Positions 49,928 to 59,306 of a stretch of 64,000 bases of DNA are shown piece by piece (position 1 is the stretch's first letter; the number at the start of each line of letters is the position of its first letter). Source of the DNA: an uncultured delta proteobacterium (lineage in GTDB: Bacteria; Desulfobacterota; Binatia; Binatales; Binataceae); assembly GCA_963774705.1 (NCBI GenBank), contig CAVZFW010000004.1, positions 3,793 to 67,792 of the forward strand, given 5' to 3'. Under the pieces are notes generated by a model. It saw nothing but the letters and a program-made list of their open reading frames with translations, was not told the DNA's origin and did not search any database. The translations under genes and the position numbers were made by a program.

Positions 49928-51585
49928 CTAAACGCTAATAGCGTTCAGACGGCGCATCGAGATTTTGTAGTCGTACCAGGCACGGGTCACCACGAAGCAC
50001 GAAAACACTCCGGTCAGCACGCCGACACACAGGGTCACGGCGAATCCCTTAACCGGGCCGGTGCCGAACTGAAACAGAATCAGGCCGGCCACGAAAGTCG
50101 AGATGTTCGAGTCGCGGATCGCCGACCAGGCACGTTCGTAGCCGACCTTCACGGCCTCGCGCGGCGATTTGCCGGCGCGCAACTCCTCGCGCATCCGCTC
50201 GTTGACCAGCACGTTCGCGTCCACGGACATTCCGAGCGTCAGCACGATTCCCGCGATACCCGGCAGCGTCAGCGTGGCCTGCAGCGCCGCCATCACGCAT
50301 ACCAGCAGCAGGATGTTCAGCGTCAGGCCGAAATCGGCGAGCACGCCAGCGCCGTTGTAGTAGAACGCCATGAAGGCGAGCACGGCGATCGCGCCGACGA
50401 TGAACGACAGCTCGCCCTGGCGAATCGAATCGCGCCCGAGCGACGGGCCAACGGTGCGCTCCTCGATAATTTCGACCGGCGCCGGCAGCGCGCCGGAGCG
50501 CAGCACGATCGCCAGTTCGTGGGCCTCCTCGAAGGAGAAGCTGCCGGTGATTTGCACGTCGCCGCCGGGAATCGGTTCCTTGATGACGGGCGCCGAGTAG
50601 ACCGTGTTATCGAGCACGATCGCGAGATGGCGCCCGACGTTGTCGGCGGTGATCGTCGCAAAGGCGTCGGCGCCGCGCTGATCGAGCTTGACCTCGACGT
50701 AGGGACCTTCGAGGCGGGTGCCGGGACGCACGCGCGCATCGGTCACGACGTCACCGGTCATGAGGACGTTCGATTCGACCAGGTAGGGCTGCGACCCGCC
50801 GGCCTGGGCAGGACCGGAAAGCACTTCGTCACCGGAGCGGCGGCCCGTTCTTCATTGCGTCCGCGACGTTGTTCTTATCGTCGAGAAACTTGAATTCGAG
50901 GACCGCCGTCTTGCCGATCAATTCCTTGGCGCGTTCGGGATCCTGGATTCCCGGCAATTGCACCAGGATGTCGTTGTCGCCTTCCTTCTGCACGACGGTT
51001 TCGCGCACTCCAAGTTGATCGATTCGATTGCGGATGGTCTCGAGCGCCTGGTCCATCGCGTTGTTGCGCAATTGGATCGCGTCGCGCTCCTTGAAGCTCA
51101 GGCTGTACGCCCCGTCGCCTGCATCCTCGGCGCTGGCGAGCACGATGTCGGGAAACGATTTATCGATCAGGCTCAAGAACGGCGTGCGGTCCGGCCGGAT
51201 TCTTCAGCTTCACCACCACGCTACCGTCGGGATTCTGCGAAATCGTCGGCGGCGTCGAGCTTGCTGTCGGTCATCGCATGCGACAAATCGTCGCCGCGGC
51301 GCTTGAGTGCGTTGTTGACGGCGTCCTGCAGCTTCACCTCGAGCAGCAGATGGGTCCCGCCCTGCAGATCCAGTCCCAAGCTGGATTTTCGGCATGGTGT
51401 CGAAATAGGCGGGCAGCGGCAGCTTGAAAGCTCGGCAGCAGCAGGATCACGCTCGCCACCACCAGCGCCGCCGCCAGCATCAGGCGCATGAAGCCGCTGC
51501 CGTTGCTGAAATGGAGGTAGAGAAAAATCGCGGCGAGCGTCAGCAGCACCGCGATCGGAATCGGATTTTGACTTGATGCTTCCAC
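49928..51585 (-). pseudogene. secD: Protein translocase subunit SecD, about five frameshifts
   Basis: An N-terminal TM segment; LPAYFDTMPKIQLGLDLQGGTHLLLEV (reconstructed); RNRIDQLGVRETVVQKEGDNDILVQLPG; and the C-terminal membrane domain GPSLGRDSI...GMSVDANVL...GFAVTL. Shifts are near 51425, 51374, 51235, 51195 and 50826. Confidence 0.88.
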
Positions 51586-51631
51586 GATATCTCCCGTTGA
51601 CGAAGAGGCGCCTGGCGACCGCTAGTCGCCT

Positions 51632-52001
51632 TTATCCTTTTTCGATGGAGCCTTTGCCGTAAGTCGAAAGTCCCTTGATTTCGGCCGCGCTCGACCCGCA
51701 CGCGGACATTCGGCGCGATTTCCAGCGTGACGAGATTGTCGCTGATCTCGGCGACGCGGCCGATGATCCCGCCGTTGGTCACGACTTCGTCGTTGCGCTT
51801 GAGCCCCTTGATCAGCTTCTGATGCTCGGAGGAGCGCTGCGATTGCGGACGAATGATGATGAAGTAAAAGACCGCGACCACCATCACCAGCGGGACCATC
51901 GGATTGGCCAGCATCTGGTCGAGAAAACCCTGCGGACTGGCGGCCGCGGGGGCGGCACTGGGTGCGGCCGCGTCGGCCCAGGCGATAGCTTCAAACCACA
52001 T
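51632..52001 (-). pseudogene. yajC: Preprotein translocase subunit YajC, one frameshift
   Basis: VMVVAVFYFIIIRPQSQR, LKRNDEVVTNGGIIGRV. The natural tail AEIKGLSTYGKGSIEKG* is in another frame, stopping at 51632-51634. Shift near 51683. Confidence 0.8.
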
Positions 52002-53140
52002 CTGCTTTATTTTCCATTTCGGCGCGTTCGCCGTCGTCGATCATATTCGTAACGTACGCCGCGAACGTCCGGTAAGTTCCGGACGCGATCGCAGCCTGAG
52101 CCTCACGCATCAAGCGGGCATAGAAGTAGAGATTGTGCTCGGTCAGCGCCCGCGCCGCCAGTATTTCGCCCGACTGATGGAGGTGGCGCAAGTAGGCGCG
52201 CGAGAAGGTCGTGCAACAGCGGCAATCGCAGCGCGGATCGAGCGGGCGCTCGTCGCGCACATAGGCGGCGCGCTTGATTGCCAGGCGCCCCTCGCTGGTA
52301 AAGGCGCCGCCGTTGCGGGCGTTGCGGGTCGGCAGCACGCAATCGAACATGTCGTAACCCATGCCGACGCCCGCGAGCAGATCCTGCGGCGTGCCGACGC
52401 CCATCAGATAGTGCGGCCGCTCGCGCGGCAACAGCGACGCCGACAACGCCGCCATCTCGCGCATCGCAGGTTTCGGCTCGCCGACCGAGAGCCCGCCGGT
52501 CGCATAGCCGTCGAACGGCAGCGCGGTGATTTGCGCGGCACTCATCCGCCGCAGGTCGGGATAAACGCTGCCCTGCACGATTCCGAACAGCGCCTGCGTG
52601 GTGCTCGTGCGCGCGCGGATGCAACGCTCGGCCCACCGCGCCGTCAGTTCGAGTGACGACTGCGCGCGCGGCACGATCGGCGGGAAATGGCGTGCATTCG
52701 TCGAGCGCCATCATGATGTCAGTGCCGAGCGTCTGCTGAATTTCGATCGCGCTTTCGGGCGTCAGCACGAGCGGCGCGCCATCGAGATGCGATCGGAAGC
52801 GGATGCCGTCTTCGTCGATTGAATTGATCTTGGCCAGACTCATCGCCTGAAAGCCGCCCGAATCGGTCAGGATTGCGCCGCGAAAGCCCATGAAACGCGC
52901 GATCCCGCCCATCTGATGCACTAATTCAGGACCGGGACGCACCGCGAGATGGTAGGCGTTCGCGAGCACGAGGCGATAGCCCATGCCCCACAACTCATCG
53001 GGCGCCATCGCCTTGACCGCGGCGCCGGTGCCAACCGGCATGAAGCATGGCGTGGCGATCTCGCCGTGGGGCGTCATCAGACGGCCCATGCGGGCGTCGC
53101 CATCGGTCGCGCGGATTTCGAAGGTGAGCGGCGCGTCCAT
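51991..53140 (-). pseudogene. tgt: Queuine tRNA-ribosyltransferase, one frameshift
   Basis: MDAPLTFEIRATDGDARMGRLMTPHGEIATPCFMPVGT and ILTDSGGFQ (inside ORF 52103..53545), then SSLELTARWAERC...GLSVGEP...CDCRCC (ORF 51991..52674). Shift near 52680. Confidence 0.9.
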
Positions 53141-54165
53141 CAGATGATCAGCATAGCGTCGCCGTAGCTGAGAAAACGATAGCGATGGCGAATCGCGTCG
53201 CGATAGGCGGCGAGAATATGGTCGCGACCGGCCAGCGCCATCACCAGCGCCAGTACCGTGGTGCGCGGCATGTGGAAATTCGTCACCATCGCGTCGATCA
53301 GCTTGAAGCGGAAGCCGGGAAAAATGAAGAGTCCGGTGAAGCCCTCGGTGTCGCCGGTGATGGCGTAAGATTCGAGCGCACGCGTGCTGCTGGTGCCGAC
53401 CGTGATTACGCGGCCGCCGACGCGCCGGGTGAAATCGATCGCGGCGAGCGTAGCCGGCGGAATCGTGTACCATTCGGCTTCCATCGAATGGCCCTCGACG
53501 TCGGGTGTGCGCACGCGGAGCGAAGGTGCCGGGACCGATATGCAAGCGTCAGGCGCGTGTTGCGGATTCCGGCGGCGGACAGCTCGTCGAGCAGGTCGTC
53601 GGTGAAATGGAGTCCGGCAGTCGGCGCGGCGACTGCCCCCGGCTTGTCGGCATAGACGGTCTGATATTCGGTGAGATCCTCGGGCCCCGGCGGACGGCGG
53701 ATGTAATGCGGCAGCGCGGGCTCGCCGACTTCCTCGAGCATCGTCTCGATCGGCGTGCCGTCCTCGCTAGTCACGAGCGGCCGTCCCGGCCGGCTATAGT
53801 CCAACGACGCGCAGCGTGCGGCCATTGTCGAGCGTCAGGCGCAGGCCTTCGCGCAACGGCCGATGAGTCCGCGCCAGAGCGATCCATGCGCCGTCGGCGG
53901 GTCTCGGCCGGACGCACCAACAGCAATTCGACGCTGCCACCGGACTCCTTGCGGGTCTTCAGCCGCGCCGGGAAGACCCGCGTATCGTTGAGCACCAGCA
54001 GAGTCGCCGTCGCGCAGATAGCCGCGCAAGTTTGTAGAAGCGCGAATGCTCGATCGAGCCGCTGCGCCGATCCAGCACCAGCATACGGGCGTCGGTCCGG
54101 TTCGCGATTGGTTCCTGAGCAATCAGCTCCTCGGGCAGGTCGTAGTCCAGATCATTGAGACGCAT
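53140..54165 (-). pseudogene. queA: S-adenosylmethionine:tRNA ribosyltransferase-isomerase, five or more frameshifts
   Basis: MRLNDLDYDLPEELIAQEP, LNDTRVFPARL, PHYIRR, YQTVYADKPGAVAAPTAGLHFT, VITVGTSSTRALES, and TNFHMPRTTVLALV...YRFLSYGDAMLII*, in at least five frame segments. The stop overlaps the tgt start. Confidence 0.88.
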
Positions 54166-54335
54166 CTTTGAGGTGTTTCTTGGGTGGAATCCGAGCGTCG
54201 TCGTCGTGGAAATTTTACGGGTAAAGGAAGTAACGATTGCCGCGACCGCGCTAATCTATCATCGCGGAGCACTGCCGCATAAGTGGGGCGGCCGAGTGGC
54301 GCTAAATAGCCAATTCCCTCAGGAGGGGAGAAACC

Positions 54336-54686
54336 TTGGGTTTTCTACTGACAAGAACCTTGCTCTCGGCAGTGATCATCGCGGCCGTCACTGAGATCGC
54401 GAAGCGTAACGCTGCGCTGGGCGCTCTCGCCGCGTCGCTACCCCCCGTATCCGTTCTCAGTATGATCTGGCTCTGGCGTGATACGGGCGATGTGGTCCGG
54501 TTGGCGAGTTACGCACAAGCGACATGCTGGTATGTGATTCCCAGCCTACCAATGTTCCTACTGATCCCGGTGCTTCTCCGAATAGGGCTATCGTTCTGGA
54601 TTTCCCTTTCTATTGGGATCGTCGTGACGGCGGCCATATACCTCCTCACCCGCACCATAATCTCGCGTTTCGGGCTTTCATTCTGA
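54336..54686 (+). CDS. Small integral membrane protein (DUF3147-like by recollection)
   Basis: TTG start preceded by AGGAGGGGA. 116 aa with four hydrophobic helices. Confidence 0.5.
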   Translation: MGFLLTRTLLSAVIIAAVTEIAKRNAALGALAASLPPVSVLSMIWLWRDTGDVVRLASYAQATCWYVIPSLPMFLLIPVLLRIGLSFWISLSIGIVVTAAIYLLTRTIISRFGLSF

Positions 54687-54804
54687 TGGGCAGATTCAAA
54701 TCGGGACTCGTAGCTTCCCGATCGTTGATTAGAGGCATCGACCGAATGGGTCAAAATCAAAATTCGGCCCTGAATTTGATGGCGTACTGGTTAACGCGAT
54801 TCAC

Positions 54805-56637
54805 CTATAAATCGGAGGGGCGCTTGTGCAACGGTTTGGGCAGCGCGTTGACATCGGGCACCTCGCCATCGATGAAGACCACGTGAGGATCCTCGGGCTC
54901 GACGTCCTCGAACAGCCGATTCTGCAACTCGCGTTTGGTCTGCAGGTACATGAGGTCGAAAGCGTCCTGGACGGCGCGCCGCTTCCAGAAATCGAAGGTT
55001 CCGAGTTCGAGCTTACCCGACGGACAAACCGTAAAGACGTAGAGCAGTTTGTACTCGCTATGAAACTCCGCGATCTCCTCGCGCACGCCGCCGAGAGCTT
55101 CGGCCGCGACGCCGTCGGGTGGGGCCGAGGCTGCCATCGTCGTCATGCCGAATTCGAGCCGCTCCATACGCTGGGCGAAGCGGTTGATGGTATCGGCGGT
55201 TTTCAGCGCATACGCCTCGAGTACGCCGCGACGAACGTCAGCAACCCGCTGCACGCTCTTGATCAGCGTTCGCTTGGGGACGTCATGCTGCTGAAAGGTC
55301 GTATCGAGTGGCAGCACGAACAGCAGGTCGCAGTCTTCGATCGGAGCGCCAAATCTAAATGGGAGATTTTCGAGCACCCCGCCGTCCTCGAAGGCGGTGT
55401 CACCGACTTTTGAGTAGGGAAAAACCGGCCCCAGATTCATCGAGGCGAAGACCGCATCGGCAGTGCGTTCCAGCGCGTCGTTCCCGGCCTCGATTACATC
55501 GAAGAAGCGATAATCGTCGTCTTTGTCTTTGCCTATTTTATCGAGGCGATCACCGATGCGGGTCCAGTTGGTTGCATACTTCAACGTGCCTTCATCGACA
55601 TCGGCGCGTGTGAAGTAGAAGTGGACCGGCGGAGTTTCGCTTAAAGCGACGTCAAGCTTGCGGCGGAAGAGCTGCTGAAAGGAGTCGCGCCACGGCGTCG
55701 AGCGCAGCAACGATCCGCTCCAGAACGGGATGTAGAGCCACGGGAACTCGACTAGTTTACGGTAGTTCAGATTCTTCCACCAACTCTCGAGCCCCGGTTG
55801 ATGGCGGTCCTCGGAATCGATCATGTCACCGAGCCAGAACATCGCATTCCAGGCGCCGATCGACGTACCAGCAATCATTTTGACTTTGTGCAGTGCGTTG
55901 TAGTCGCGCAGGAATTCGTGAATCGCCTTGAGCGCCCCGGCCTGATAGGCGCCCTTCGCGCCGCCGCCCGCCAGGATGATTCCGATGCGTTCGATGTGTC
56001 CCTGGAAGAATTGCACGTATTCACGCCGACGGGTGCGGCCATCTCGATTAGTCCGCGGCGGTGCAACTTCGTTCGGATCGGATTCAATTGGCGGCGGAAG
56101 GTCGGTCAGGTCAGTCTCCTCCACGCGGTCGGAATAGAAACGCACCGGAAAGCGGAAGACGGCTACAAGGCTCGCCGACAAACGGCGCATCGAGTTGTGG
56201 ATCCAAAAGCCGCCGTTAAGCGCGAAGAGGCCTTTGAACAGTTTCATCAGGAACCATCTGAAGCCGAGCCAGAACTCGGTTGCGGCGGGCGAGTCGAAGG
56301 TCGCCACGATGGTGGTGCCGCACCAAGCGATAAACCGCAGTGGGGCGCGAACGCGCCAACTCTCGGGGAGCGCGTCATAAGAGGACTGAATCAGCGAGCA
56401 AGTCGCGCCTGCGAACGCCGCGATGCCGTGCACAACATCGCCAGCGAACTGAGCGAGGAAAGCGAGCAATTGACTGACGTGAGTAGCCGCAAGAGCGGTC
56501 CCGAGTAACCGGACTAAAAAGAACTCGTCCCAATCGATGTAGTAGAGGAAACAATCCTCAATCCACCAGGCGATCAGGAACAGCAGAGCAATCCGGAAGA
56601 TGATGCCCCACGGCAGCGTTGACCTCAGCCTCGCCAT
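54805..56637 (-). CDS. Patatin-like phospholipase with an N-terminal membrane domain of about 200 aa
   Basis: Oxyanion motif GGGAKGAYQAG, nucleophile GTSIGA (GxSxG), catalytic Asp in EDGGVLENLP. The N-terminus carries several hydrophobic helices. Confidence 0.8.
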   Translation of the reverse strand: MARLRSTLPWGIIFRIALLFLIAWWIEDCFLYYIDWDEFFLVRLLGTALAATHVSQLLAFLAQFAGDVVHGIAAFAGATCSLIQSSYDALPESWRVRAPLRFIAWCGTTIVATFDSPAATEFWLGFRWFLMKLFKGLFALNGGFWIHNSMRRLSASLVAVFRFPVRFYSDRVEETDLTDLPPPIESDPNEVAPPRTNRDGRTRRREYVQFFQGHIERIGIILAGGGAKGAYQAGALKAIHEFLRDYNALHKVKMIAGTSIGAWNAMFWLGDMIDSEDRHQPGLESWWKNLNYRKLVEFPWLYIPFWSGSLLRSTPWRDSFQQLFRRKLDVALSETPPVHFYFTRADVDEGTLKYATNWTRIGDRLDKIGKDKDDDYRFFDVIEAGNDALERTADAVFASMNLGPVFPYSKVGDTAFEDGGVLENLPFRFGAPIEDCDLLFVLPLDTTFQQHDVPKRTLIKSVQRVADVRRGVLEAYALKTADTINRFAQRMERLEFGMTTMAASAPPDGVAAEALGGVREEIAEFHSEYKLLYVFTVCPSGKLELGTFDFWKRRAVQDAFDLMYLQTKRELQNRLFEDVEPEDPHVVFIDGEVPDVNALPKPLHKRPSDL

Positions 56638-56765
56638 TCCGACCCTCCAACACCCACCGCCAACACCAAGGGGCGTCAGCTCAAGAAATTACGCCGAATA
56701 CGATGTTTGAGCTAGATAGGCTGCGCGTTTGTGGGCCGGTTGCGGCCAATTGACGGTTTTTTCCG

Positions 56766-57746
56766 TCAAGCGACTTGAAGCACAATTTTGCCAAAATGTT
56801 CGCTGCTCTGCATCGTCCGGTGGCCTTGAGCAGCATCGGCGAGCGGAAGCGTCTTATAGAGCGGCGGGCGCAATTTTCCAGCCGTGAGGGCGTCGCCGAA
56901 GCGCGCCAAGAACGCCGTTATGATTTCGGCCTTTTCTGAGGCCGGGCGGGTGCGAAGCGTCGAACCATAGATCCGTAAATGGCGCATGAGGACGGTGGCG
57001 AGGTCGAGTTCCGCCTTCGCGCCCTTCATCAAGCCGATCAAAACCAGGCGTCCGCCATTGGCCAGCGCTTCCACGTTCTGGCCAAGATACGCGCCGCCGA
57101 TACTGTCGAGGATAATGTCGGCGCCGCGCCCGTTAGTGGCGGTCCGCACCTTCGGCGCAAATGGGCCGGCGGCGTAATTGATCGCAACGTCGGCGCCGAA
57201 GCGCAGGCATCGTTCGCATTTGGCGTCGGAGCCCGCGGTCACGATCGATCGCGCATGTGCCAGTCCGAGCAACTGAATCGACGCAGTACCGACGCCGCTG
57301 CCACCGCCATGAATCAACACCGACTCGCCCGCTTTGACGCCGGCCAGCATGAACAGATTGAGGAATGCGGTGAGAAATACTTCGGGGAACGCGGCTGCTT
57401 CAGCGTCGTTGAGGGCATCCGGTACGTGCATTGCGGAGCCATGATGCACGGACGCCAATTCGGCGTAGCCGCCGCCGGGCAGCAACGCCATCGCGCGATC
57501 ACCGATGCGCCAGCCGGAGACCTCGCTACCGACCGCAGTGACCTCACCCGCGCATTCAAGGCCGAGAATCGGCGACGCTCCCGGCGGTGGCGGATAGAAG
57601 CCCTGACGTTGCATAAGATCGGCGCGATTGAGCGCCGCAAACTTCACCTTGATGAGCAGGTCTGCGGGACCGGGATGCGGTTCGGGCGTATCGCCGAGCT
57701 TGAGAACCGATTCGTCGCCGGGGTGGTCGAACAGTATCGCTTTCAT
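56766..57746 (-). CDS. NAD(P)H:quinone oxidoreductase (zeta-crystallin/MDR family)
   Basis: 326 aa. GLECAGEV, IHGGGSGVGTASIQL, C-terminal HFGKIVL. Confidence 0.85.
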   Translation of the reverse strand: MKAILFDHPGDESVLKLGDTPEPHPGPADLLIKVKFAALNRADLMQRQGFYPPPPGASPILGLECAGEVTAVGSEVSGWRIGDRAMALLPGGGYAELASVHHGSAMHVPDALNDAEAAAFPEVFLTAFLNLFMLAGVKAGESVLIHGGGSGVGTASIQLLGLAHARSIVTAGSDAKCERCLRFGADVAINYAAGPFAPKVRTATNGRGADIILDSIGGAYLGQNVEALANGGRLVLIGLMKGAKAELDLATVLMRHLRIYGSTLRTRPASEKAEIITAFLARFGDALTAGKLRPPLYKTLPLADAAQGHRTMQSSEHFGKIVLQVA

Positions 57747-57928
57747 GGCGCGTCAGTGCTCCGTTCGCCGCGGTCTCTTCCCAATGGCAATCAACTTCAT
57801 CGAGTCAACCCGCACTAGCTGCGACAAGCGCCCTAACTACCGAAAAAGACGGAGGGCCCGAATTCCGGGCCCTCGCGTACGCTTGCGATGTTATCGAGCG
57901 CGGATCGGCTCCTTTGGCACCGGCTTGA

Positions 57929-58994
57929 TCACGCGGTGTACTTGTTGATGATCGAGACGCCGACGTTCTGGAACGTCGTCATCTGTTCGAGCACCGCGGA
58001 CGCGCCGCCGAGGGTGAGGGTCTCGGTGATCATCGACTTCGGATTGAGCTTCTTGGCGTTGACCATTTGCAACATCGAGGGATAGCGACTCGCCGGCATG
58101 CCGAGCGACGCGATGAGCTGCAACTCCATCGTGACCATGCGATCGATCGGGAGCGAGACCTCGCCCTTCTCGGCTGCGGTGGTGAGACCGATCTGCAACG
58201 AGCGACCCTGTTTGCGCAGGCACAGAATCGAGTTCTGGCAGGTCGCCTTGACGCCAAGCGCGTCGACGCCGACGTGGGCGCCGCCCTTGGTGAGGTCCAC
58301 GATCGCAGCTACCGCGTCAGTCTTCTTGCCGTTGATGACGTGCTGAGCGCCGACTTTCTTGGCCAATTCGAGCTTGGCGTCGTCGAGGTCAACCGCGATG
58401 ACGTTGGCGCCGATGGCGGCGGCGACGTGAACCGCGGAAAGCCCGATACCACCGCAACCGTGGACGGCGACCCATTCGCCAGGCCGGACCTGCGCGCGAT
58501 CGACCACGCCGTGATAGGAGGTCATGAAGCGGCAGCCCATCGAGGCGCCCTCTTCGAAACCGACATCATCGGGCATCGGGACGAGGTTGGAGTCGGCGTT
58601 CGGGATGCCGACGTAATGGCCATAGCCACCCCAGTAGGAGAAGCCGGGCAACTGCGGATTTGAGCAGACGTGCGATTGGCCGCTGCGGCAGTATTCGCAG
58701 ACGCCGTCGCCCTGACTGAACGGCACCAGTACGCGGTCGCCCTTTTTGAAGTTGCGGGACTCCTTGCCGACTTCCTCGACCACACCACAGAACTCATGGC
58801 CCATCACGAGCGGCAGCGGCGGGAACCAGACCGATCCAGGACCAGTCGCCCGACCAAGCGTGCCAATCGGAACGGCAGACGCCCTCGGCTTCGGCGCGAA
58901 TGATGACGCCGTTAGGGGGACAGCTCGGATCCTGAACGTCTTTGACGACCAGCGGTTTGCGGACCGCCTCCATTACTGCTGCTTTCATGGTCAA
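57929..58994 (-). pseudogene. Zinc-dependent alcohol dehydrogenase, one frameshift
   Basis: MKAAVMEAVRKPLVVKDV...GVCRSDWHAWSGDW (ORF 58794..58994), then GHEFCGVVEEVG, structural-zinc cysteines C..C..C, and GCGGIGLSAV (ORF 57929..58807). Shift near 58815. Confidence 0.85.
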
Positions 58995-59112
58995 ATCTCC
59001 TCGATTCGTTGTCCGCGTACGGATTGACTGGCGTTCGCCGGTTCACGAAACAACCCCGCAAACGCCGATCGAGCTACCATATAGCGCCTTGTTTGGGCAT
59101 TCGGCAACGGGC

Positions 59113-59282
59113 ATTGTTCAAGGATTCACAGGGAAAAATTGGGTTCGTTATGTACAGAGCATTTTTTGTGCTGCGTGGCGGGGGCCGGAGGTCAGGTTGA
59201 TGGATTTGCCGGATTGAATGCCCTTCGGAAAGCATACGGACAGCGAAGCTCATCGTAGAACTATACTCCTTTTTGAAGGAGT
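59113..59282. other. Conserved non-coding element, copy B (paralogue of 34896..35150)
   Basis: ATTGTtCAAGGA-N9-AAAAATTGGgTTCGTTATGTAC (59113-59155) and CATCGTAGAACTATACTCCTT (59251-59271), followed by the hairpin ACTCCTT-tttg-AAGGAGT (59265-59282). Confidence 0.6.
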
Positions 59283-59306
59283 TGTCAGCGGGCGATAACT
59301 GCGGGG

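Noticed and set aside
22555-54165. Genuine genome decay or programmed frameshifting as the explanation for the broken housekeeping genes
   Set aside because: The fragments retain all catalytic motifs. The lesions I could reconstruct are single extra bases, with no accompanying stop mutations or deletions. The affected genes (sucC, secD, rlmN, ndk, tgt, queA, lepB) are rarely dispensable, and intergenic spacing and operon overlaps are intact. There are no slippery heptamers or conserved stimulatory structures at the junctions. I cannot exclude real mutations without reads.
54805-56637. The patatin gene as a CBASS or other defence effector
   Set aside because: No CD-NTase, SMODS, STING/SAVED, ubiquitin-like or other sensor gene is adjacent. 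The neighbours are queA, a small membrane protein and a quinone oxidoreductase.
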